Below, one piece after another: positions 55,751 through 64,000 of a stretch of 64,000 nucleotides of DNA (positions within the stretch are counted from its first letter, which is position 1; the number at the start of each line of letters is the position of its first letter). The notes beneath the pieces were generated by a model. That model made no database searches. It saw nothing but the letters and a program-made list of their open reading frames with translations, and was not told the DNA's origin. Made by a program: the position numbers and the translations under genes. The stretch spans positions 160,001 through 224,000 of the forward strand of contig CBDCXV010000001.1 in assembly GCA_965223905.1 (NCBI GenBank), written 5' to 3'. The stretch is from Candidatus Latescibacterota bacterium (GTDB lineage Bacteria; Latescibacterota; UBA2968; UBA8231).

Positions 55751-58700
55751 CTACTTCAGCAGCGTGACCTTGTGCATACGGTCGAAGCCGGCGATCTGGA
55801 CTCGGATCACATACACCCCTGAAGCTACCTCCAAACCCGATTCGTCTCTGCCATCCCACCTCCACAGGTGGAATCCCCGGGACAGCTGCTCCTCGTAAAC
55901 CCGCACGATGCGGCCTAGAAGGTCGATAACCCGCACCTGCACCCACTCGCTTTCGGAAAGGAAGAAGGAAATCGCCGTATCCGGATTGAACGGATTCGGA
56001 TACGGTGCATCGAGGACGATTTCGGTAGGGAGCGGGGACACTGCCACCGGCGGCGGCGGCGCGGTCGCCACCACGCGGCGATTCTCCTTCCCGACATAGG
56101 ACAGTACCGAACCGACGCGAACCTCACTCTTCTCCTGGGACAGCCGCCGGAACAGTATCGCACCCACGTCGGCGTTTGCGAACGGAGGGTGTCGCCCGCT
56201 GAGAGCGACCGCCACTGAGGTTGCTCCGTTGCTGCCGGGCTGCAGCCAGACCAGGGGCTTTGCCTGTTCCGGGGGAACGTACTCGGCGAACTGGAGAACC
56301 AGGGGGTCGTATTCCAGCCCGGCCGCGAAGCCGCGTAGATGATCCTCTCCAACCCAGCGCAGAGTGAGCTCGACAACCTCGGAACCGCGGGGCCGCGGAT
56401 CCAAGCTTGCCCGCAGGCCGAGGGCATCGGCTTGCGCTACATCAGCGACCGGTTTGGCTCTTGCCCCGAAGTGATCGGCAAACAGGAAGAAATCGTCCAA
56501 TCCGACCCCGCCGTCACCGTTGAGATCGTAACGGGAATCGAAATCAGGTTCCCCTTCGCGGCTTCCGAAATGATCGGCAAGAAGGAAGAAATCCTTGAAA
56601 TCGGTGTCGCCATCGCGATCGAAGTCGCCGGCCTGGCCAGCGCCGAGGTCCACCTCCACGATCAAGGCAGGTGTCAGGACGTCGCTGGCGGTCTGCCCTT
56701 CAGTTAGCAGTTTGACCTCACGCAACTCCACAGTCGTCTCAAGCTTTTCAGCGAGAGTCGAACTGACGGAGAACACGGCGCGTCCCAGAAATCCATCTCC
56801 GTCAGCTGGCCCCACGAGGGGATCCGCAGCCACCTGAATCAGAACCTGGCCCGGTGATGGCGCCGATGCCTCAGGCAGAACGGAGTTGCCCGCGGCGGCG
56901 AGCAGGCTGGTCCCGGATGCGTCGAATTCGACGAATTCCAGGATTTCGGGGTCAAATACCAGAAACAGTGAGTAGGATATCACACTGGCGACATCGAAAG
57001 CGTACGCCTCGAGCGCCAGCCGGTCACCCGCTTCCAGCGAGACAGTATGGACGCCTTGGTTGCCTGCTGAACTGTCCGCGTCGATGGCGACCGTCGTCGG
57101 CACGATTCCGATACCGGAAACCGCAACTGAGACTTCGGCCTGGTCGCTGTCGCTGGTAGCGAAGGCGATGGTGCTCGCCGCGGCCCCACGCGTCGCGGGG
57201 ATAAACCGCAATTCGAGGGTCGTCGAGTCATCGACGGCGACCGTGCTCGATCCGAAAACTACGGAGAACGCGAGATCGCCCACATGCAGTTGACTGATTT
57301 CAAGGTCGGCGTGGCCCTCGTTGACGATGTCGATAACCACCGATCCGGTATCGCCGATTGCCACCCTGCCGAAATCGACGGCCTCGGCGATGGATCGCAG
57401 GCGCGCCATTCGACGCCCATCGACGAACCAGACGCTCGTCGTCGTATCCTGCAGATCGGCGACCAGCACGGCGACCGTATCGACGCTCGCCACGTCAGGG
57501 ATGTAGGAGAAGGCGGAGTCGGCTTCCCCGGCCTGCTCAGTACTGTCGACATACCAAGTGAAACTGATTGTATCTCCCTCTTCGTCCGACGCTCTGACCA
57601 TCAAAGTCACTTCGGTTTCCGGCTCGAGGAATACCGTACTGTCGGCGGGAATACGCACGATTGCGGGCGCATCGTTGACGGCTTCCACATCGAGAGTAAA
57701 GCTCTGCATCGCCGTTTGACCTGCGGGGTCGGAGGCATTGAGGGTTATCGGCACCTCTCCGGTATCAGCTGCCGCTGGCGTCCACTCTACGAGGCCGGTG
57801 GGGCTTATCGACATCTGCTCCGGACCTGTGGCAACCTCATAGGACAGCTTTTCCCCCTCTTCGTCGACGGCTAGCAGTTCGTACCTGTACAGAGAGTCCT
57901 CGAGTGCGGTCGTCTCCGGAGTTCCGGAGATCACCGGCGGATCGTCGACTTCGACCACCGTAATCTCGAATCGCGTCGTGTCGGCTGCCCCCGCCAGGTC
58001 CACTACCTTGACCGCCACGGGATTGACACCGACATCCTCCTGCAAAGGTGTCCACGACAGGTTGCCGAGGGTGTCGACCGCTGCCATGTCGGGTGCGGTC
58101 GTGAGGGCATAGCTGAGGGAATCGGCCGGATCGACATCGGACCCGAAGCCGACCAGCGCCAGCCGGAACTCCACATCCTCGAAAATCGAGGTGTCCGCCA
58201 GGGAGGCAAGCACCGGCGGGTCGTTGGTGTTGATCACACGCAGCGTGAAAGGATGAGGACTGCTGGCGCCTTCGCTGTCGGTAACCCTTACCTCGACCGC
58301 TGCCGTGCCGACGTTTTCCTGGGCCGGCGTCCATTGCAAAACGCCGAGCTCGTCGAGCACCATTCCGGAAGGCCCACTGACGAGTGTGAAAGTGATGTTA
58401 TCTCCATCCTGATCTTCCGCTTCAATCCTGTAGGACAGCAGTGAATCCTCGAACACCTGCGTCGGCGGAGTACTGACAACGAACGGCGGCTCGTTGTCCG
58501 ATTTTACCCGCAGCGGAAAGATGTGGAATCCGTGGCCGGTATGGCTGTATACCTGTGCCTCGACGAGATACTTTCCGGTGTCCGCTGCGACAGGTGTCCA
58601 GGAGTGGGGAGGCAAGCCGGATATCTTCGTCAATTCCGTCGGTCCCCGGTGGAAATCGATGTGTATAACCTCCTGCCTGGGCTCGAATACAGGATCATAG

Positions 58701-60235
58701 ATGAACTCCTCCCCGACGGCGACGACGCTGTCCGGCAGGGTAGCGATCAGCAGCTCGGTGTGCTCTCCGGGGGCCGGAGTTCCCGCCGTCCGAGGCCCTC
58801 CGAACCTGCCGATGTCGTTGCGTGGTCCGGTCCCGGATCTGTCACGGTCGTTCATTGCGGCAATCGGGTTCCCGGAATCCCGGGCCGGTGAGGTCTGCTT
58901 CAACTCGAAGCGGAGAACGTCGAGGTTGAAGAACTCGGGATCGTCCACGATGTTGCCCCCGACATGCTCCTCGTCCGCCGCCCAGCCCGGGACCAGTGCG
59001 TTCAGAGCCGCCACGGCTCCGATCGTATCGGGCACCATGCTGATCTCCACCTGCGGACCTGTGTCCGTCAAGTCGGGAAAGTCTTTGGCCGTGAACACCT
59101 CGATGCGATACTTGAGGAATTCGTTCGCCCCTCCCCCGGGCGGAAAAATCTCCACGAGGACCTCGTGGGATCCGACATCGTCCATGGTTGGCGTAAACCG
59201 AATGGTGCGCTCCTCCTCGATCAGGGATGCGGAGGCGTCCAGCGGAGTCGTGCGGGCTTTGAAGATATAGAAGTCGACGTCTCCTTCGACCCCGATGACG
59301 TACTCGTACTCGACCCCTACCTGGGCGACAGTGTCAGGCTCGTTGGTGAAGAAGCTGGGGACCGAGACCCCCTGCTCTTCGAGTGTCAACGTATCCCGCA
59401 CGGTCTTCAGTACCTTGATGCTGTCAGCGTTGTCCGAGACGTAGAGGAGGTCCCAGTTCCAGAACATGTTGTAGCGCACCAGGGGGGTGTCCAGCATCGA
59501 TGGAATGGCGATCGCCGGGTCGACTCCGGTGGAGAAGATGTTGCTGCTTACGTCGACGCGTCCCCCCGATGTGGTGATGGCCGGCGAGTTGTTGTTGTGG
59601 AAGGTATTGTTTCGGATCGTATCTGGTTTGGTGGTATCGGCTATCGTGTTGTGAATCTCGACCAGGCCCCTGCCGATTCCGGTTTCGCCGTTTTCGCGCA
59701 CAATATTATTGAAAAAACTCAGCTGTCCGCGGTTCATGTAAATCAAATCGCCCCAGATCTCGGCGACGTTTCGCACGAACAGGTTCTCCGCAACGCGCAG
59801 GGTGCAGGCCCGGCAGGATACTACCCCCCCGGTTTCCGCGCTACCGTTGACGAAGGTGAAATTGCGCAGAACGAACTCGGCACCTTCTTCTGTTATTTCG
59901 AAAAACCTCCCCCTGCCCTCGGCGTCGAGGTTGGCGCCGTTCGTATGAACGAAAATGTCTCTTTCGGAAATCTCGATCGGAAACGATTCCGCGGTGGTGC
60001 TCGGCGAATAGGTGCCCGAGGCGATGTCGATCACGTGCGGTTTTCCGTGATCGAAGAGGTGGGCTACCTGGATCGCATGTGAGATGGAGCGGAACGGTGT
60101 TGTGTCGCTTTGGGCGCTCTGGATGCTTCTCCGGTCATCGCCGGTTTCTGCGTTGACGAAAAACCGTACCCCGTGGGCAGGAGCAACTGACCAATAGCCG
60201 AAAAACAGCAGCAGCGCCGCGGTGCTGAACCGCAT
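55751..60235 (-). CDS. 1494-aa secreted surface protein: beta-helix-like N-terminus, Ig/cadherin-like repeats, ASH-like Ig, cohesin-like, dockerin/EF-hand pair and FlgD-Ig C-terminal domain
   Basis: Signal peptide. Repeats of N(D/E)PP...ED...D.DGD...WTP. GDFDRDGDTDFKDFF and DLNGDGGVGLDDFF. PYPNPFNP...WDGRD...SGVY. Confidence 0.85.
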   Translation of the reverse strand: MRFSTAALLLFFGYWSVAPAHGVRFFVNAETGDDRRSIQSAQSDTTPFRSISHAIQVAHLFDHGKPHVIDIASGTYSPSTTAESFPIEISERDIFVHTNGANLDAEGRGRFFEITEEGAEFVLRNFTFVNGSAETGGVVSCRACTLRVAENLFVRNVAEIWGDLIYMNRGQLSFFNNIVRENGETGIGRGLVEIHNTIADTTKPDTIRNNTFHNNNSPAITTSGGRVDVSSNIFSTGVDPAIAIPSMLDTPLVRYNMFWNWDLLYVSDNADSIKVLKTVRDTLTLEEQGVSVPSFFTNEPDTVAQVGVEYEYVIGVEGDVDFYIFKARTTPLDASASLIEEERTIRFTPTMDDVGSHEVLVEIFPPGGGANEFLKYRIEVFTAKDFPDLTDTGPQVEISMVPDTIGAVAALNALVPGWAADEEHVGGNIVDDPEFFNLDVLRFELKQTSPARDSGNPIAAMNDRDRSGTGPRNDIGRFGGPRTAGTPAPGEHTELLIATLPDSVVAVGEEFIYDPVFEPRQEVIHIDFHRGPTELTKISGLPPHSWTPVAADTGKYLVEAQVYSHTGHGFHIFPLRVKSDNEPPFVVSTPPTQVFEDSLLSYRIEAEDQDGDNITFTLVSGPSGMVLDELGVLQWTPAQENVGTAAVEVRVTDSEGASSPHPFTLRVINTNDPPVLASLADTSIFEDVEFRLALVGFGSDVDPADSLSYALTTAPDMAAVDTLGNLSWTPLQEDVGVNPVAVKVVDLAGAADTTRFEITVVEVDDPPVISGTPETTALEDSLYRYELLAVDEEGEKLSYEVATGPEQMSISPTGLVEWTPAAADTGEVPITLNASDPAGQTAMQSFTLDVEAVNDAPAIVRIPADSTVFLEPETEVTLMVRASDEEGDTISFTWYVDSTEQAGEADSAFSYIPDVASVDTVAVLVADLQDTTTSVWFVDGRRMARLRSIAEAVDFGRVAIGDTGSVVIDIVNEGHADLEISQLHVGDLAFSVVFGSSTVAVDDSTTLELRFIPATRGAAASTIAFATSDSDQAEVSVAVSGIGIVPTTVAIDADSSAGNQGVHTVSLEAGDRLALEAYAFDVASVISYSLFLVFDPEILEFVEFDASGTSLLAAAGNSVLPEASAPSPGQVLIQVAADPLVGPADGDGFLGRAVFSVSSTLAEKLETTVELREVKLLTEGQTASDVLTPALIVEVDLGAGQAGDFDRDGDTDFKDFFLLADHFGSREGEPDFDSRYDLNGDGGVGLDDFFLFADHFGARAKPVADVAQADALGLRASLDPRPRGSEVVELTLRWVGEDHLRGFAAGLEYDPLVLQFAEYVPPEQAKPLVWLQPGSNGATSVAVALSGRHPPFANADVGAILFRRLSQEKSEVRVGSVLSYVGKENRRVVATAPPPPVAVSPLPTEIVLDAPYPNPFNPDTAISFFLSESEWVQVRVIDLLGRIVRVYEEQLSRGFHLWRWDGRDESGLEVASGVYVIRVQIAGFDRMHKVTLLK

Positions 60236-60546
60236 TATCCAGAAATTTCCCCGTTTTCAGAGGGCCGTCGGATCGATGCTTTTGGGGAGTATCCGACTTC
60301 CCGGGCTTCGAGAAGTTCCCGCACCTGAGGTCGCACGAAAACCGTCTCCAGCGGCAGGTTGACAATCTCGTCGAGCATCAGCCGAATTCGTTCTGCCAGG
60401 GACAGACTGGAGTCGACCAGCAGGAATCGCTTCCCGCCGAGCCTGCACATCCCCCCCCTGCTACCCTCCAGATCCGCGATGCGGATCTCGACTCCAAGCT
60501 GCTCGGTAACAGCCTCGAGTTCCCTATGAATGGCAGCATTATCCAT
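60235..60546 (-). CDS. Conserved small hypothetical protein
   Basis: LGVEIR...GGMCRL...VDSSLS...RPQVRELLE. Stop overlaps the next ATG (TAATG). Confidence 0.75.
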   Translation of the reverse strand: MDNAAIHRELEAVTEQLGVEIRIADLEGSRGGMCRLGGKRFLLVDSSLSLAERIRLMLDEIVNLPLETVFVRPQVRELLEAREVGYSPKASIRRPSENGEISG

Positions 60547-60719
60547 GCTGCACGTATGTATGTAAAATGACCTTAACCCAAAGTCTACACATCATTTACA
60601 TAAGATAATCAAATCGCTGGTTGGTGAACAGCTGATTTGTTGATAGAATATCTCCCGCGGCACGAGAACCGGTCAAAGCCGACCCCACGGGTTGCGAGCG
60701 ATGCTTAAATGGTGATGCG

Positions 60720-61580
60720 ATGACGGCTGCAGGTGAGATTTCCTGGGTATTGGTGACCAATGACGACGGCTGCGATTCGCCGGCATTGGTCCCGTTGATG
60801 CGCGAATTGCTGGCCCGGGCAGAGGTGAGCGCCCTGGTTCCCGAAAGGGAATACAGCTGGTCTTCGAAGACCATGAGTCGCTTCGGCGTGCTGGAATTGA
60901 GCGGGTGCGAACGCGACGGAATTACGTTCTTCGCCGCCAACGGCTCCCCGGCCGACTGCGCCAACCTGGGAATACACAAACTCAAACCTAGCAAACCCGA
61001 GCTGCTGGTTTCCGGCATCAATATCGGCGCGAACGCCGGTCTGGGGTACCTGCTGAGCTCCGGCACCATCGGCGCAGCTATCGAAGGCATGCTCAGCGGC
61101 ATTCCCGCGGTGGCGCTTTCGCTGCAGCTACACAGCGACGACTACCGGGACTGGAGGACTAACCGCAACCCCGATCGCCTCGCCGGCACCTTTTGCAGGG
61201 CGGCGGCAGTAGCAGCTGATATCGTCGGCGAAGTAATGGCCGGGGGCCTGCCTTCGGAAGCTTCGATTCTTTCGGTAAACATGCCGCCTGACGTAACACG
61301 GGACAGCCCGAGGCGGTTCTCCGGAGTCACCGATTCGCGCTACGGATCTTTCTTCAGCGAGACCGAGGAAGGCAGGTACGTTTACGGATTCGACAAACTG
61401 GATTTCTTCGCTACTCCCACTGTGCCGTCGGACCGTCCTGGGGACCTCGCAACCCTTGCCGGCGGCACCGTGGCGATGACCCCGCTCCGTTTCGATCTCA
61501 ACGTGGAAGCGAGTGCCCAGGACCGCTGCCGATTCGAACGGGGAGCCACAAAGAGCAGAAAGTCCACGAAGAACGAGTGA
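60720..61580 (+). CDS. surE: SurE-family 5'/3'-nucleotidase
   Basis: LVTNDDG, GSPADC, VSGINIGAN and SGTIGAAIEG. Confidence 0.9.
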   Translation: MTAAGEISWVLVTNDDGCDSPALVPLMRELLARAEVSALVPEREYSWSSKTMSRFGVLELSGCERDGITFFAANGSPADCANLGIHKLKPSKPELLVSGINIGANAGLGYLLSSGTIGAAIEGMLSGIPAVALSLQLHSDDYRDWRTNRNPDRLAGTFCRAAAVAADIVGEVMAGGLPSEASILSVNMPPDVTRDSPRRFSGVTDSRYGSFFSETEEGRYVYGFDKLDFFATPTVPSDRPGDLATLAGGTVAMTPLRFDLNVEASAQDRCRFERGATKSRKSTKNE

Positions 61581-62920
61581 GACCTCCTCAACGCACACAC
61601 CTGCCCGCATGCCCTCGGCAGGCAGGAGTGGCGACGGCCATTTTCGTTTCCGCGGCTTGCTGGATGATCGCGGTCCGTGCTCTTTTGCCCTCCGCCGCGG
61701 TTGCGGCTGCCGATTCCAACAATGCGCACCCTGCTGTTGTTCCAGACTCGACGAAATCGATAACCGGCAAACTGGAAGCGGTTCGGTGGATGGCAAAGAG
61801 GCGCCAGTTCACCCTTGGGGGCGTCGACTACGGGTTCACCGGGCTCCCTATTCTGTATTTCAGTCCATCCAACGGATGGAATTACGGAACACGATTGCAG
61901 CTAGCCGACTACAGTCGCAGACCCTACCGCTTCAAGCTGACGTTCTTCTCCCAGAATTCCACTGCTGGGCGCATCCACTATTTCCTCAAGCTCAGGGTGC
62001 CCCGCATCTCCGGCACCGGTTTCGGGGTACGCCTGCTGGCCAGTGTCAAGCGGGATATCCGGGTGCGCTATTACGGGCTGGGAAACGACAGCGAATACAA
62101 CAAGGGCTTCGTCGACAGGGAGCACTCGGAGTTTATCGACGAAGACTATTACCACTATATACTCCACTCTCCCCGGCTGCTGATGAGCCTCCTGAGGGAG
62201 ATCTACGGTCCCATGCTCCTCTCGGTCGGCTTCGGACTGGAACGCACCGACGTCGACCGGCGCGGGGACACCGCCTTCTACGTCGTCAACGACCCCCCGG
62301 ACGGCGTCAAGGACGGAATTACCGGGTTCGCAAGTATCACTGTGCGTTGGGACACCCGCGATGACCCGGTCATCCCCAGAACGGGGACCTTTCACGAGTG
62401 GTCGTACGAATCGTCGCGCAACTCGTTGTTGGGTCTGCTGTTCGAGCGCATCGACTTCCAGCGTTTGACGTTCACCGACAGCCGCTACTTGCCGCTGTCG
62501 ACACGTCTCAATCTCGCCCACCGCACCGTTCTCGATGTCCTGAAGGGCACGGTGCCACTATATGCCTATGGAGAGATCGGAGGCAGCCGCCGCATGAAGG
62601 GACTCGGAGGCTCGGACTCCCTGCGCGGCTTCGACCGGCAACGTTTCACAGACAACGTCCGCCTTATCACGAATACCGAACTCCGCTTTCACGTGCGTTC
62701 GGACCGCCTTTTCAAGCAATACATCGAGTGGCACACCGTGCTGTTCATCGATTCGGGCCAGGCGCAGCCAGGACTCAAGAGACTGGATGCCTTCGAATTG
62801 CACTGGACCGCAGGGGTCGCACAGCGGCTCTACTGGAACTCTGATTTCGTGATCCGCCTGGAAATCGGTTTCTCCAAGGAGCAGACCTACACCGGTCTCA
62901 AATACCGCAACATATTCTGA
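61577..62920 (+). CDS. Omp85/BamA-TamA family beta-barrel without obvious POTRA domains
   Basis: WDTRDD...P..G, LGGSDSLRGFDRQRF, NTELRF and terminal Phe. Start uncertain. Confidence 0.82.
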   Translation: MRPPQRTHLPACPRQAGVATAIFVSAACWMIAVRALLPSAAVAAADSNNAHPAVVPDSTKSITGKLEAVRWMAKRRQFTLGGVDYGFTGLPILYFSPSNGWNYGTRLQLADYSRRPYRFKLTFFSQNSTAGRIHYFLKLRVPRISGTGFGVRLLASVKRDIRVRYYGLGNDSEYNKGFVDREHSEFIDEDYYHYILHSPRLLMSLLREIYGPMLLSVGFGLERTDVDRRGDTAFYVVNDPPDGVKDGITGFASITVRWDTRDDPVIPRTGTFHEWSYESSRNSLLGLLFERIDFQRLTFTDSRYLPLSTRLNLAHRTVLDVLKGTVPLYAYGEIGGSRRMKGLGGSDSLRGFDRQRFTDNVRLITNTELRFHVRSDRLFKQYIEWHTVLFIDSGQAQPGLKRLDAFELHWTAGVAQRLYWNSDFVIRLEIGFSKEQTYTGLKYRNIF

Positions 62921-62998
62921 TCGCCTGCCGCCGGATATTCCCCGAAATGCGGAAGAAGGGGAACTCCAACAAAAACTGGCTGCAGTAGTGAATCAGGC

Positions 62999-63020
62999 CT
63001 AGTGTCCTGTCCCGGAAATA
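62999..63020 (+). mobile_element. Solo IS630-type terminal repeat (truncated IS or MITE remnant)
   Basis: CTAGTGTCCTGTCCCGGAAATA matches the right IR of the 42135-43308 element at 19 of 21 positions. Confidence 0.65.
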
Positions 63021-63089
63021 GATTGCCAGAATTCGGCCGCCGAGGCACGCGGGTCGCAGGCACCTAAGCGAGTGCCGAGGGAAGGTCGT

Positions 63090-63956
63090 TCAGCCTGCAA
63101 CGGCGGCTGCAGACTCTGGAGCCAGCAGGCCCATCAGCCGAGACAGAGTGGGGGCCAGTTCATCCCGGCGCACCACGCGATCGATGAAACCATGCCGCAG
63201 CACGTTCTCCGCTATCTGAAACCCATCCGGAAGCTCGTCGACTCCGAGGAACTGCTTGATGACGGAGGGTCCGGCGAATCCGACGCGGGCCCCCGGCTCG
63301 GCGAGGATGACGTCCCCGAGCATTGCAAAGCTGGCCGTCACTCCCCCGTACGTCGGATCTGCCAATACCGATACATAGAGCAGGCCGGAATCGGAAAAGC
63401 GCCGCAGCCGGGCGCTTATCTTGGCCATCTGCATCAGCGAAAAAGTGCTTTCCTGCATCCGGGCTCCGCCCGACTGACAGACGATGATCAGTGTGCGCCG
63501 GTCGGCGATGGCGCGATCTATCAAGCGCGCGATTTTCTCTCCCGTTGCCCCTCCCATGCTTCCGAGGATGTAGCGGGTATCCATGATACCGAGGGCGACG
63601 AGGTGACTGTCGAGCAAGCCGGCGCCTGTCCAAACCGCTTCGTTGAGTTTGCTGGCCTTGCGTCCGTCGCGGATTCGGTCGGTGTAACGGCGATGGTCGC
63701 GAAAGCGCAGGGGATCGGCGGTTGCGATGCCGGCGTTCAACTCCTCGACCGTCCCAGGGTCGAACAGCAGGTCGACGTATTTGTCGAAGCCGATGTGAAA
63801 GTGGTTTTCGCAGCGTGGGCAGACCCAGCCATTGCGCTGGAGGGCATTGTGATACGTGGCCTCGCCGCATTGATCGCACTTCGACCAGATACCCTCAGGG
63901 CTCTCGCGACGGATGCGGGTCAGAATCCCGCTTTTCATTTTTTCGAACCAGCTCAC
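63090..63956 (-). CDS. accD: Acetyl-CoA carboxylase carboxyltransferase beta subunit
   Basis: WSKCDQC...CPRC zinc finger, GSMG, SGGARMQE, PTYGGVTASFAMLGD. Confidence 0.96.
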   Translation of the reverse strand: MSWFEKMKSGILTRIRRESPEGIWSKCDQCGEATYHNALQRNGWVCPRCENHFHIGFDKYVDLLFDPGTVEELNAGIATADPLRFRDHRRYTDRIRDGRKASKLNEAVWTGAGLLDSHLVALGIMDTRYILGSMGGATGEKIARLIDRAIADRRTLIIVCQSGGARMQESTFSLMQMAKISARLRRFSDSGLLYVSVLADPTYGGVTASFAMLGDVILAEPGARVGFAGPSVIKQFLGVDELPDGFQIAENVLRHGFIDRVVRRDELAPTLSRLMGLLAPESAAAVAG

Positions 63957-64000
63957 TTTTTCTCCATGCGGCGCAGCGAATTCCGCCTACACCAATCCCC

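Overview
GC-rich bacterial chromosomal window. The gene repertoire (FlgD-Ig/cohesin/dockerin surface protein, ASPIC-UnbV/FG-GAP and TPR proteins, many amidohydrolases and sugar isomerases) suggests an FCB-group organism such as Latescibacterota; that placement is inference. The left ~44 kb is mostly accessory catabolic and envelope genes plus hrpA, an apparently orphan N4-cytosine DNA methyltransferase, ogt, a frameshifted NupC and one complete IS630 element. The right ~20 kb is a housekeeping block (rpmI-rplT-pheS-pheT-zapB-like-zapA-rny-ymdB-xseA-xseB-recN-pgsA-like, then surE, an Omp85-like gene and accD). The most striking feature is a tandem array of four secreted paralogues (11601-15465). 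Within each paralogue pair the framework DNA is nearly identical while differences cluster in the same ~5 short segments, an antibody-like framework/variable-loop pattern. All four end in a conserved DGSVV(E/K)(A/P)DSWARIKA tail, and the tail DNA appears to have been exchanged between subfamilies. Other notable items: a GH13-like gene apparently missing its catalytic barrel, an RNase Y with altered metal-binding histidines, a solo IS630-type end and several gene remnants. I found no rRNA, tRNA, CRISPR array or reverse transcriptase. All family calls come from motif recognition by eye, not database searches.
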